From an uncultured Acidobacteriaceae bacterium (lineage in GTDB: Bacteria > Acidobacteriota > Terriglobia > Terriglobales > Acidobacteriaceae): a stretch of 64,000 nt of DNA. The notes below the pieces were generated by a model, which worked only from the letters and a program-made list of their open reading frames with translations, had not been told where the DNA came from and made no database searches. Below, piece by piece: positions 39,369 through 47,708 of the stretch. The stretch lies in NCBI GenBank assembly GCA_963813215.1, contig CAWEXZ010000010.1, forward strand, positions 160,540 to 224,539, read 5' to 3'. The position numbers were made by a program, and so were the translations under genes. Numbering within the stretch: position 1 is the stretch's first letter; every line of letters begins with the position of its first letter.

Positions 39369-39716
39369 CCGGGGCTAAGGCCCCGCAGTCTTCGTGCAAA
39401 TCCTTCAGGGGCTGAAGCCCCTGGTTTTTTTTGAAGCCTTTGCGGCACGAGTAAACCCGTGCTCTTTCACAAATCTGTGGGCAGAGAGTTTCTCAGCAGG
39501 TTCTCCCGACGTGCCCTGAGTCAGAAGCCCGTACATCGCGGCCCACAGACGCTGCCAAAAGCGGCGGCCAAACAACCGTCTTCCCAACAGACAGCTCGCG
39601 TAGTTCGCATTCCCTCAGGGGCTAAAGCCCCGGCTCATTTTGCAGAGCTTATGTACGGGCTAAAGCCCGTAGCCTTCACGGCTGAAGCCCGTAGCCTTCA
39701 AAACAGCGGCTCATTC
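39369..39716. repeat. Family B repeat cluster (~350 nt) between the anti-sigma and CpxP-like genes
   Basis: GGGGCTAAGGCCCC, GGGGCTGAAGCCCC, GGGGCTAAAGCCCC, ACGGGCTAAAGCCCGT and ACGGCTGAAGCCCGT units. It includes the ~75-nt composite element at 39604-39678. Confidence 0.85.
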
Positions 39717-39728
39717 AGCACAGCCTTA

Positions 39729-40217
39729 TTATTGGTTGGGGCCCTCGTCCATCAACTGGGCCAGCGGTTCCATGGCGCTGGGCACTTGCTGCGAGACATC
39801 CTGATCGACGGCGGCCATCAGCTTCTCGTCTGCACCGGCAGCCGGAGTGGGAGCCTGGGTCGCGATCTCAGCAGTGTCCTGATTCTGAGCAGCATCCTGC
39901 ATTGCGGCCAACTGATTTTGCTTTGCAGCCTGTTGGGTTGCAATGCGCTGGGCGGCGACTCGATGAGCGAGGCGGGCCAACTGATCGTGCGCATGATGTT
40001 CGTAGATGCCTGCTGAGAGAGTGCCTGCGGCCAGTACGCATCCCAGAGCCCAGGCGGTGGCACTGCGCCAGGTGCGGCGGTGCTCGGCGACGAGGACGGT
40101 GCGGGGGCGAACGAACTCGGCCTCGCTCCAGGCGTGGACGCTGGAGCGGAAATTCCTGAGCGTTTCTTCGAGCCCAGCTTCCGCGACTTCTATCGATTCC
40201 CGCTTGTTGACCATCAT
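39729..40217 (-). CDS. Putative anti-sigma factor (single-pass membrane protein)
   Basis: 4-nt overlap with the upstream ECF sigma gene. One TM helix (ATAWALGCVLAAGTLSAGIY). The call rests on position and topology only. Confidence 0.6.
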   Translation of the reverse strand: MMVNKRESIEVAEAGLEETLRNFRSSVHAWSEAEFVRPRTVLVAEHRRTWRSATAWALGCVLAAGTLSAGIYEHHAHDQLARLAHRVAAQRIATQQAAKQNQLAAMQDAAQNQDTAEIATQAPTPAAGADEKLMAAVDQDVSQQVPSAMEPLAQLMDEGPNQ

Positions 40218-40840
40218 CGTGCTCCTCTCACCTCCGCGCGCACTTTTCCAAGCGCTCGCGAAAGATGTGCCTTCACCGTTCCCTCGCTCAGGCCCGTACT
40301 CTCGGCAATCTCACTCAGTTCCAGTTCCTCAACGTAGCGGAGCAGAAAGACTGTGCGCTGCCGCTCGCTGAGATCCTCTACGGCCTTCCAAACATGCTTG
40401 ACCTGCTCGCGAGCCAGCAATTGCTGCTCCGCGGTACGCTCCCCGCTGGGCAGCCACTCACTGGCTTCGTCCACGTCCACGGAGTTGGTGCGCGTGTGAC
40501 GCCAGAACTGCATGCGCCGGTTGCGCCAGTGGTCCTTCTCCAGGTTGATGGCGATGCGCATAAGCCAGGTCATGGCCGTTGAATCGCCGCGAAAATTGGC
40601 CCAGTTCCGGTGCGCTTTCAGGAAGCATTCCTGGGTGAGCGTTTCTGCCAGATCCACATCGCGGGTGGAGGCCAGCAGGAACCGGAAGATCTGCGGCCGG
40701 TGCGTTTCCACAAGCCGCGCAAACTCTTGAGCGGCTAACGTTGCTGCCGCTTCGGCATCGATCGGCTTGGCTACCGCGCCGGCTGCCATCACACTGGTAG
40801 ACGCCCCGATTTCTCGCGAGATTACATGTTTGTTCTGCAT
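40214..40840 (-). CDS. ECF-type RNA polymerase sigma factor
   Basis: Region 2 (FRFLLASTRDVDLAETLTQECFLKAHRNWANF) and region 4 (LSERQRTVFLLRYVEELELSEIAESTGLSEGTVKAHLSRA). Confidence 0.88.
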   Translation of the reverse strand: MQNKHVISREIGASTSVMAAGAVAKPIDAEAAATLAAQEFARLVETHRPQIFRFLLASTRDVDLAETLTQECFLKAHRNWANFRGDSTAMTWLMRIAINLEKDHWRNRRMQFWRHTRTNSVDVDEASEWLPSGERTAEQQLLAREQVKHVWKAVEDLSERQRTVFLLRYVEELELSEIAESTGLSEGTVKAHLSRALGKVRAEVRGAR

Positions 40841-40974
40841 TCTTTACTACCAGTGGCTGAAACACCTGACACCGCAGCCCATTGCGTGACACTCTTTTGT
40901 CAGACGGGTGGGCGGCGAGGAAGGCCGCACCCGCAAGTGAGCCCAGGGCCGGGGGCTCGGGAGCTAGCCGTTTC

Positions 40975-41003
40975 TTGACAGGGGGGATGAGAATAGATAA
41001 TTG
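40975..41003 (+). promoter_or_regulatory. Possible sigma-70-like promoter upstream of the aldo/keto reductase
   Basis: TTGACA at 40975-40980, with GATAAT/ATAATT 15-16 nt downstream. Confidence 0.3.
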
Positions 41004-41033
41004 TCAGGGTTCGATTTAGGAGGAACGCACGCC

Positions 41034-41924
41034 ATGTCAGCCGGAATTGGAACTTTACCGGCCGCCCAAGCCGGGAGCGTCACGCTGGGCGGAGATTTGA
41101 CTGTCAACCGCATGGGATTTGGAGCCATGCGCCTTACCGGCAAGGGGATATGGGGACCTCCGGCGGACCGCGCGGGCGCGTTGGCGGTGCTGCGCCGGGC
41201 GGTGGAGTTGGGGGTGAACTTTATTGATACCGCCGACTCGTACGGGCCTTTTATCTCGGAGGAGCTGATTGCCGAGGCGCTGTGGCCGTATCCCGCGGGA
41301 CTGGTGATTACTTCGAAGGCCGGCTGGGTGCGGCATGGGCCGGCCGTCTGGCAGCACAATGCTGCACCTGGGCATATTGAGGAGGCGCTGGCGGGGACGT
41401 TGAAGCGGTTGCGGCTGGAGCGGATCGACGTGTACCAGTTGCATGTGCCCGACCCGGCGGTTTCGTTTGACGCGTCGATGGAGACCCTGGCGCGGCTGCG
41501 CGAACAGGGCAAGATCCGGCACGTGGCTCTGTCAAACGTCACTTTGGAGCATGTGGAGCGGGCGCGCAGGATTGTCCCGATCGTGTCGGTGCAGAACCGC
41601 TACAGCTTCTCTGACCGCGAGTGGGATTATCTGCTCGACTACTGCGAGAAGCATGGGATTGCGTTTCTGCCCTGGGGGCCGATGGCGCAGGGGCGCAAGG
41701 CCAATGAGGCGATTGAGAAGATTGCGGTCGAACGGGGAGTTTCAACGGCGGTGGTTTCGCTGGCGTGGCTGCTGCGGCGCTCACCGGTGATGCTGCCCAT
41801 TCCGGGAACCTCGGCGGTGAAACACCTGGAGGAGAATGTGAGCGCGGCGGGGTTCCGGCTGAGCGATGCGGAGTTTGCGGAGCTGAATGCCGTGGCGCCG
41901 CGGCCGTTCTGGCTGAGAGTGTGA
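41034..41924 (+). CDS. Aldo/keto reductase
   Basis: FGAMRLTG, GVNFIDTADSYGP and VALSNV motifs. ATG 41034 is preceded by AGGAGGA. Confidence 0.88.
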   Translation: MSAGIGTLPAAQAGSVTLGGDLTVNRMGFGAMRLTGKGIWGPPADRAGALAVLRRAVELGVNFIDTADSYGPFISEELIAEALWPYPAGLVITSKAGWVRHGPAVWQHNAAPGHIEEALAGTLKRLRLERIDVYQLHVPDPAVSFDASMETLARLREQGKIRHVALSNVTLEHVERARRIVPIVSVQNRYSFSDREWDYLLDYCEKHGIAFLPWGPMAQGRKANEAIEKIAVERGVSTAVVSLAWLLRRSPVMLPIPGTSAVKHLEENVSAAGFRLSDAEFAELNAVAPRPFWLRV

Positions 41925-41931
41925 GAAAGGC

Positions 41932-41954
41932 AGGGAACGAGGGAACGAGCGAGC
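41932..41954 (+). repeat. Family D array after the aldo/keto reductase stop
   Basis: agggaacgagggaacgagcgagc, 8 nt after the TGA at 41922-41924. Confidence 0.7.
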
Positions 41955-42073
41955 ATCCCGATCCGCCGTCGCGCCTGATTTTTCATATGCTGCTGACTCA
42001 CAACTGACAACTGAAACCTGAAAGATCGCGCTGGTAGACTGGTTCGGGGAACCGGTTTCCCGAAGGACCATTC

Positions 42074-42778
42074 ATGCTGCTCGAATCGCTTCGCAAGGAA
42101 GTTTTGCACGCTAACCAGGAGATTGCCCGCCGCGGGCTGGCGCCGCATACGTTCGGAAACGCCAGTGGAGTTGACCGCTCCGGCGCCGAGCCGCTGGTGG
42201 TGATCAAGCCTAGTGGGGTGGACTATGCAACGCTCACGCCCGCCGACATGGTGATTACGGGTCTGGACGGGAAGATTGTCGAGGGCACGCTGCGGCCGTC
42301 AAGCGATCTGGACACGCATACGCTGCTCTACCGCGAATTTCCGGCGATTGGGGGAATCGTGCACACGCACTCGGAGTTTGCGACTTCGTGGGCGCAGGCG
42401 GGCCGGGCTATTCCTTGCCTGGGCACTACGCATGCCGACTACTTCCACGGGCCGGTGCCGGTGACGGAGCCGCTGACCGCGGAGGAGGTAGCGGGCGGGT
42501 ACGTGCGCAATACCGGCGCTGTCATCGTGCGGTGCTTCCGGTCGGCGGGATTGGATCCGGTGGCGGTTCCGGGAGTGCTGGTGGCCGGGCATGCGCCGTT
42601 TGCCTGGGGCAAGACGGCGGCTGAGGCCGTGGAACACGCCGATGTGCTCGAGTACATTGCGCGGCTGGCTTATCGGAGCATGGTTCTGGAGGCGTCCGAT
42701 GCTGGGATTCCGGTGTACGTTTCCGAACATCATTACCAGCGGAAGCATGGGCCGAAGGCTACTTACGGGCAGCGGTAA
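42074..42778 (+). CDS. araD: L-ribulose-5-phosphate 4-epimerase (class II aldolase family)
   Basis: 234 aa. GNASGVDR, VIKPSGVDY, IVHTHSEFAT and TTHADYFHG match the AraD pattern. Confidence 0.88.
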   Translation: MLLESLRKEVLHANQEIARRGLAPHTFGNASGVDRSGAEPLVVIKPSGVDYATLTPADMVITGLDGKIVEGTLRPSSDLDTHTLLYREFPAIGGIVHTHSEFATSWAQAGRAIPCLGTTHADYFHGPVPVTEPLTAEEVAGGYVRNTGAVIVRCFRSAGLDPVAVPGVLVAGHAPFAWGKTAAEAVEHADVLEYIARLAYRSMVLEASDAGIPVYVSEHHYQRKHGPKATYGQR

Positions 42779-42872
42779 GTCGCGACCGATGCCGCTCGAA
42801 ATTTGGCCCACTTCTTTCAGGGATGAAACGGCCCGAAAGGATGGGGACAAAGGTGCTTTTCTTTAGGCCTTT

Positions 42873-42917
42873 GTGGCCTCCCGCCCTTTCGCCAGAGAGT
42901 AGGCGGAAAGATGGAGC
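42873..42917. repeat. Family A element (diverged)
   Basis: gtggcctcccgccctttcgccagagagtaggcggaaagatggagc. Confidence 0.65.
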
Positions 42918-42938
42918 TTGGCTAACCGTTCCGGATTC

Positions 42939-42966
42939 ATATGTATACCGAAATCGGTATACATAT
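42939..42966. promoter_or_regulatory. 28-bp perfect AT-rich palindrome (candidate operator)
   Basis: ATATGTATACCGA-AA-TCGGTATACATAT, within an AT-rich non-coding island upstream of the PDZ kinase operon. Confidence 0.4.
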
Positions 42967-43168
42967 ACTATTTACAGTACACAACTTACCGTTTTCTGCA
43001 GGATATGGGACGGATTTTTTTGCCGGGTGTAACTTTTACTTGGAACCGGAGTCGATATCTTGCGTATTGTCTTGCGATTGACCCAAGGTTGAATCGGAGC
43101 CATCCATTGTGTTCTCACATGGCATCCGACGTGCAATGCACTTTAATGGGTAGAAGGTTCCCCGTTCG

Positions 43169-46123
43169 ATGGAGACCAGCCTCTTTAACCGGGTGCAGGC
43201 GGGACTGCTCGCGTTAGCGACGGTTGCGCTCCTCGTGTTGGCGGTCTTCAATGTGCTGGCAGAGCAGCATTACGACCGGCCCGATGATGGTGTCTGGTGG
43301 CACGAGAGCAAGGGCGGACTGGTGGCCGACCGGGTGCTGCCCGACATGCCCGGCGAGCGGGCAGGAGTCCAGAACCACGACCTGCTGACGGCTGTGAACG
43401 GCGAACCCGTGACGCGCGTCGCTGACCTGGAGCGCGCGCTCTACCGCACCGGCAGCTACGGCCTGGTGAATTACAGCATTACCCGCGACGGCATTCCGCT
43501 GGATACGCCGGTGAAGGTAATTCCGGTGCCTCTGGACGAGAGTCTGGCTCTGGGCCTGCGGGTCATCGGGCTCATTTACCTGATCATCGGATTTTATGTG
43601 CTGTTCCGGCGCTGGGGTGCGCCTCGGGCCACGCATTTTTACGTTTTTTGCCTTGTTTCTTTCGCGTTGTACGCGCTCAATTACACGGGCCAGTTCGACT
43701 TGCTCGACCAGGTGGTTTTCTGGACGAACACGGTAGCTGGATCGCTGCAGCCGGCGCTGTTCCTGCATTTTGCGCTGAGCTTTCCGGAGGAGCGTTTCAA
43801 GAGTGTGCGCCGCCGCTGGCTTTTGCCGCTGGTGTATGCGCCGGGGGCTGCGCTGCTGGGGCTGTGGATCTGGGCGATCAACTTCTGGCAGGCCACGGAA
43901 CTGCTGAAGCACAGCGTCGATCAGTTGGACACGGCGTACATAGCGGTGTTTTACATCCTGGCGGCGCTTTTGTTCCTGCGCAGCTATGCGCGGACCGACT
44001 CGCCCCTGCTGCGCCAGCAGTTGAAGTGGGTGACGCGGGGAACCCTGCTGGCGGTGCTGCCGTTCACGCTCTTTTATGCGGTGCCGTTCCTGCTGGACTT
44101 GAACCCGCCGCGGTTGCTGACGAACCTGGCCGACTTGTCGCTGGTGTTTCTGCCGCTGACCTTCAGTTGGGCGATTGTGCGCTACCGGCTGATGGACACG
44201 GACCTGATCTTCAAGCGCGGCATGGCATACATGCTGGCCACGGGCCTGATCCTGGGCGGCTACTTCGGGATCATCGCGCTGATTGCGGAGGTTGTGCACC
44301 AGCGTCTGCCGGAGACGGTGCGCGAGTGGGCGCTGGTGATCGCCATTGTCACGACGGCGGCGATTTTCGATCCGCTCAAGCGCAGGATTCAGGGCTGGGT
44401 GGATCGGGCCTTCGATCGGAATCGCTACGATTACCGCAAGGCGCTGGTGGAGTTTGGGCGCGGGCTGAGTTCGGAGACGGATTTGCAGGCGCTGCAGCAG
44501 TCGATTGTGCAGCAGTTGCCGCGCACGCTGCAGGTAGCGCGCGTGGCCATCTTCCTGGTGCAGGATGGGCGGTTGCGGCTGGCGGCCTCGCATGGATTGC
44601 CGGCGGAATTGAACGCGGGAGAGAATCGTGGTCTCCCACCCTTGGCACAAAAGCGTGCCAAGGATGGGGCACCCGAATTCGCTGCCGATACGGAGATACG
44701 CGGAACTGAGTTGCTGGATTTGGAGTTCCTCGATTTCGATCGGGCGCAGGACCACTCGCACATCTTCCTTGAAAACGCGCAGGCCGCGATGCATTTGCCG
44801 GAGAGCCAGCAGCAGGCGGCGGCGCTGCTCGATTTGAACTATTATCTGCCGTGCCGCGTGGCGCCGGTGAAGCTGGACCAGGGGCAGAGGCCCAGCCGGA
44901 CCATTGCAGTGATTGGGCTGGGACGGACGCTGGGCGGCGATTTTCTGTCGAGCGAGGATGTGGAACTGCTGGAGTCGCTGGCCAGTTATATCGGCATCGC
45001 GCTGCAGAACGCCAGCCTGTATGCGCGCCTCGAAGAGAAGATCGGCGAGTTCGAGCGGCTGAAGGAGTTCAACGAAAATATTGTCGAATCCATCAACGTG
45101 GGCATCCTGGCCATCGATCTCGAAGACCGCATCGAAAGCTGGAACGCGCAGATGGAAGCGATGTACGCGATGAGCCGCGGCGAAGTTCTGGGCCAGCCAC
45201 TTCGTTCCGTTTTTCCTGCGGAGTTCATAGAGGCTATCGATCGCTTCCGCAACGATCCGGGCGTGCACCAGATTTACAAGTTCCCGCTGACCACGCAAGC
45301 CGGCGAGCAGCGGACAGTGAACATTGCGGTGGCGCCGCTGCTCTCGCGTGATTTCATTTCGGTGGGGCGCATCATCCTGGTGGACGACATTACGGAGCGG
45401 GTGACGCTGGAGTCGCAGCTGGCGCAGGCCGACAAGCTGAGCTCGATCGGGCTGCTGGCCGCGGGCGTGGCGCATGAGATCAATACGCCTCTGGCGGTGA
45501 TCTCGTCGTATGCGCAAATGCTCTCGAAGCAACTGAAGGGCGATGCACGGCTGAGCCCGGTGCTGGACAAGATTACGCAGCAGAGCTTCCGCGCGGCGGA
45601 GATTGCCAACGGGCTGCTGAACTTCTCGCGCACCTCGACGACCGAGTTCCGCGAGACGAATTTGAACCAGGTTATTCGCGATACTTTGTCGCTGCTCGAG
45701 CATCAGTTCAAGACGGCGAAGATTACCGTGGACCTGGAGCTGGCGGCAGAGCTGCCGGCGATTCAGGGCAATCCGGGCAAGCTGCAGCAGGTGTTTCTGA
45801 ACCTGTTGCTGAATGCCAAGGAGGCGATGCCCGGAGGCGGCAAGCTGCGCGTGGCCACGCTGATGAACGGGCATGTGGAGGCTGTGGTTGCCGATAGCGG
45901 CGCGGGTATTGCGCCCGAGCATCTGAAGCGGATTTACGATCCGTTCTTTACTACCAAGAGCACGCCAAAACCAGGCGATAAGAAGGGGACGGGACTGGGA
46001 CTTTCTGTTTCGTACGGCATTATTCAGGAACACGCCGGCAAGATTCACGTAGAGAGCGCTGTGGGAGCCGGCACAACGTTTCATCTTGAATTTCCACAGT
46101 TAAGGAATTCCGTCCATGCCTGA
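43169..46123 (+). CDS. Sensor histidine kinase: TM-PDZ-like-polytopic membrane-GAF-PAS-HisKA-HATPase
   Basis: PDZ-like GLVADRVLPDMPGERAGVQNHDLLTAVNGEPV, then at least 6 TM helices, a GAF-like region, PAS (NIVESINVGILAID...WNAQMEAMY), H-box AGVAHEINTPL and GTGLGLSVS. Confidence 0.88.
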   Translation: METSLFNRVQAGLLALATVALLVLAVFNVLAEQHYDRPDDGVWWHESKGGLVADRVLPDMPGERAGVQNHDLLTAVNGEPVTRVADLERALYRTGSYGLVNYSITRDGIPLDTPVKVIPVPLDESLALGLRVIGLIYLIIGFYVLFRRWGAPRATHFYVFCLVSFALYALNYTGQFDLLDQVVFWTNTVAGSLQPALFLHFALSFPEERFKSVRRRWLLPLVYAPGAALLGLWIWAINFWQATELLKHSVDQLDTAYIAVFYILAALLFLRSYARTDSPLLRQQLKWVTRGTLLAVLPFTLFYAVPFLLDLNPPRLLTNLADLSLVFLPLTFSWAIVRYRLMDTDLIFKRGMAYMLATGLILGGYFGIIALIAEVVHQRLPETVREWALVIAIVTTAAIFDPLKRRIQGWVDRAFDRNRYDYRKALVEFGRGLSSETDLQALQQSIVQQLPRTLQVARVAIFLVQDGRLRLAASHGLPAELNAGENRGLPPLAQKRAKDGAPEFAADTEIRGTELLDLEFLDFDRAQDHSHIFLENAQAAMHLPESQQQAAALLDLNYYLPCRVAPVKLDQGQRPSRTIAVIGLGRTLGGDFLSSEDVELLESLASYIGIALQNASLYARLEEKIGEFERLKEFNENIVESINVGILAIDLEDRIESWNAQMEAMYAMSRGEVLGQPLRSVFPAEFIEAIDRFRNDPGVHQIYKFPLTTQAGEQRTVNIAVAPLLSRDFISVGRIILVDDITERVTLESQLAQADKLSSIGLLAAGVAHEINTPLAVISSYAQMLSKQLKGDARLSPVLDKITQQSFRAAEIANGLLNFSRTSTTEFRETNLNQVIRDTLSLLEHQFKTAKITVDLELAAELPAIQGNPGKLQQVFLNLLLNAKEAMPGGGKLRVATLMNGHVEAVVADSGAGIAPEHLKRIYDPFFTTKSTPKPGDKKGTGLGLSVSYGIIQEHAGKIHVESAVGAGTTFHLEFPQLRNSVHA
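44628..44672. repeat. Family A element located in-frame inside the sensor kinase CDS
   Basis: gtggtctCCCACCCTTGGCACaaaagcGTGCCAAGGATGGGGcac, translated as NRGLPPLAQKRAKDGAP. Confidence 0.85.
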
Positions 46124-47570
46124 GGTCGAATCACAAGTAAATTTGACAGCCTCCGCATCGACATCGGGGAAGGCGAACGGAAGTTCTGCGCCCGCCGCCA
46201 TTCTCGTTATCGATGACGAGGCCGGGATTCGCGAATCGCTCGAAGTGCTGCTTTCGCTCGAAGGGTATACGGTGGGATTGGCGCCGGAGGGCGAAGAAGG
46301 CCTGCGGATGCTGGATGCCGAGACCTATGATCTTGTCCTGCTCGATCTGGCGCTGCCCGGCCAGAGCGGCCTGGAACTGTTGCCGCAGATTAAAGAGCGG
46401 CAGCCGGAGCTGCCGGTCATCATGATCACGGCGTATGGCACGGTGGAGAACGTGGTGGAGGCGATCCGTGCGGGCGCCGAGAACTTCGTCCAGAAGCCAT
46501 GGGATAACGAGAAGCTGCTGGCCGACATTCGCTCGGCGGTAACGCGGCACCGCATTGAAGAAGAGAATCTGCAGCTCAAGCGCACGCTGAAGCAGCGCTA
46601 CAGCTTCGCGAACATTGTGGGCAAGAGCGATACCATGCTGCGCGTCTTCGACCTGGTGACGCAGGTGGCGCCGAGCCGGTCGACGGTGCTGATCCAGGGG
46701 GAGAGCGGGACGGGCAAGGAGTTGATCGCCAAGGCGCTTCATGCCAACTCGCCGCGGCGCGACAAGCCGTTTGTGCCGATCAACACGGGCGCGATGCCGC
46801 CGGAGCTGCTGGAGTCGACGCTGTTCGGGCACGTGAAGGGCGCGTTCACTTCGGCGATTGCATCGAAGAAGGGCCTATTCGAAGTGGCGCATGGGGGCAC
46901 GCTGTTTCTGGACGAGATTGCCACCATGGGCATGGACACGCAGGCCAAGATTCTGCGCGTGCTGCAGGACCGGCGCTTCATGCACCTGGGCGGCGTGCAG
47001 GAGATCCAGGTGGATGTGCGGATTCTGGCGGCGACCAATGTCGATCTGCGCAAGGAAGTGCGCGAGGGACGATTCCGCGAGGACCTGTTTTACCGGCTCA
47101 ACGTGATCACCGTCGATCTGCCTCCGCTGCGCTCGCGGCGCGAGGACATTCCCCTGCTGGCGCAGCACTTTCTGGATTTCTACGGGAACGAAAACGGGCT
47201 GGAGGCGCGGAAGCTCTCCAACGACGCGCTGCGCTCGCTGATTGATTACGACTGGCCGGGTAACGTGCGCGAGTTGGAAAATGCAATCGAGCGCGGCGTG
47301 GTGCTATCGTCGGGACCGGTGATCGGGGCGGACCTGCTGCCCGGACACATTACGGGGCGCAGCTTTCAGGATGCGCTGCTGGAGCACAATCCCAACTCCT
47401 CGCTGTTCGACATTCTTGAAGTGATCGAGCGGCGGATTATTGTCGAGAAGCTGGAGCGCTGCAACTGGAATCAGACCGAGGCGGCGGAACAGTTTCGGAT
47501 TCCGCTGTCGACGCTGAATCAGAAGATCAAGCGGTTGAATATTGAGATTCGGAAGAAGGGTCGGGAGTAG
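46116..47570 (+). CDS. Sigma-54-dependent response regulator (NtrC family)
   Basis: Receiver (ILVIDDEAGIRE...LLDLALPG), Walker A GESGTGKE, a GAFTSA loop and a Fis-type HTH. It overlaps the kinase by 8 nt. Confidence 0.92.
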   Translation: MPEVESQVNLTASASTSGKANGSSAPAAILVIDDEAGIRESLEVLLSLEGYTVGLAPEGEEGLRMLDAETYDLVLLDLALPGQSGLELLPQIKERQPELPVIMITAYGTVENVVEAIRAGAENFVQKPWDNEKLLADIRSAVTRHRIEEENLQLKRTLKQRYSFANIVGKSDTMLRVFDLVTQVAPSRSTVLIQGESGTGKELIAKALHANSPRRDKPFVPINTGAMPPELLESTLFGHVKGAFTSAIASKKGLFEVAHGGTLFLDEIATMGMDTQAKILRVLQDRRFMHLGGVQEIQVDVRILAATNVDLRKEVREGRFREDLFYRLNVITVDLPPLRSRREDIPLLAQHFLDFYGNENGLEARKLSNDALRSLIDYDWPGNVRELENAIERGVVLSSGPVIGADLLPGHITGRSFQDALLEHNPNSSLFDILEVIERRIIVEKLERCNWNQTEAAEQFRIPLSTLNQKIKRLNIEIRKKGRE

Positions 47571-47613
47571 GGAACAGGGAACAGGGACCAAGGGACAAGG
47601 GACAAGGGACAAG
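47571..47613 (+). repeat. Family D array directly after the response-regulator stop
   Basis: ggaacagggaacagggaccaagggacaagggacaagggacaag, starting at the base after the TAG at 47568-47570. Confidence 0.85.
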
Positions 47614-47654
47614 AAAGAACTCCTACGGCTCTTTGGCTAGCTTGGAAAAAAGCA

Positions 47655-47708
47655 GGTCCTTCGACTCGGACTGGCGCCAAAAGCGCGCCAATCCTCGCTC
47701 AGGATGAC
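47655..47708. repeat. Family E element (GTCATCCTGAGCG...AGTCGAAGGAC on the reverse strand)
   Basis: It contains the otsB TGA stop (47699-47701) and an inner GGCGCcaaaagcGCGCC hairpin. Confidence 0.7.

Noticed and set aside
41008-41022. tRNA-like GGTTCGATT motif.
   Set aside because: There is no acceptor, D or anticodon arm context. It sits between a promoter-like element and the Shine-Dalgarno of the aldo/keto reductase. I recognised no tRNA, rRNA, tmRNA, RNase P or SRP RNA anywhere in the window.
42918-43217. 99-aa ORF in the AT-rich island upstream of the PDZ kinase.
   Set aside because: It spans the 28-bp palindrome, has odd composition (Y/I/F/C-rich), lacks a Shine-Dalgarno and overlaps the kinase start. 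It is more likely regulatory DNA.
44643-44660. Sigma-54 promoter-like TGGCAC motifs. They occur here within a family A repeat, at 63373 (TGGCAC-N5-TTGAT), and at 24848, 27305 and 51705.
   Set aside because: None has the TTGC(A/T) -12 element at correct spacing in an intergenic position upstream of a gene. Those that come close are intragenic, antisense or repeat-derived.
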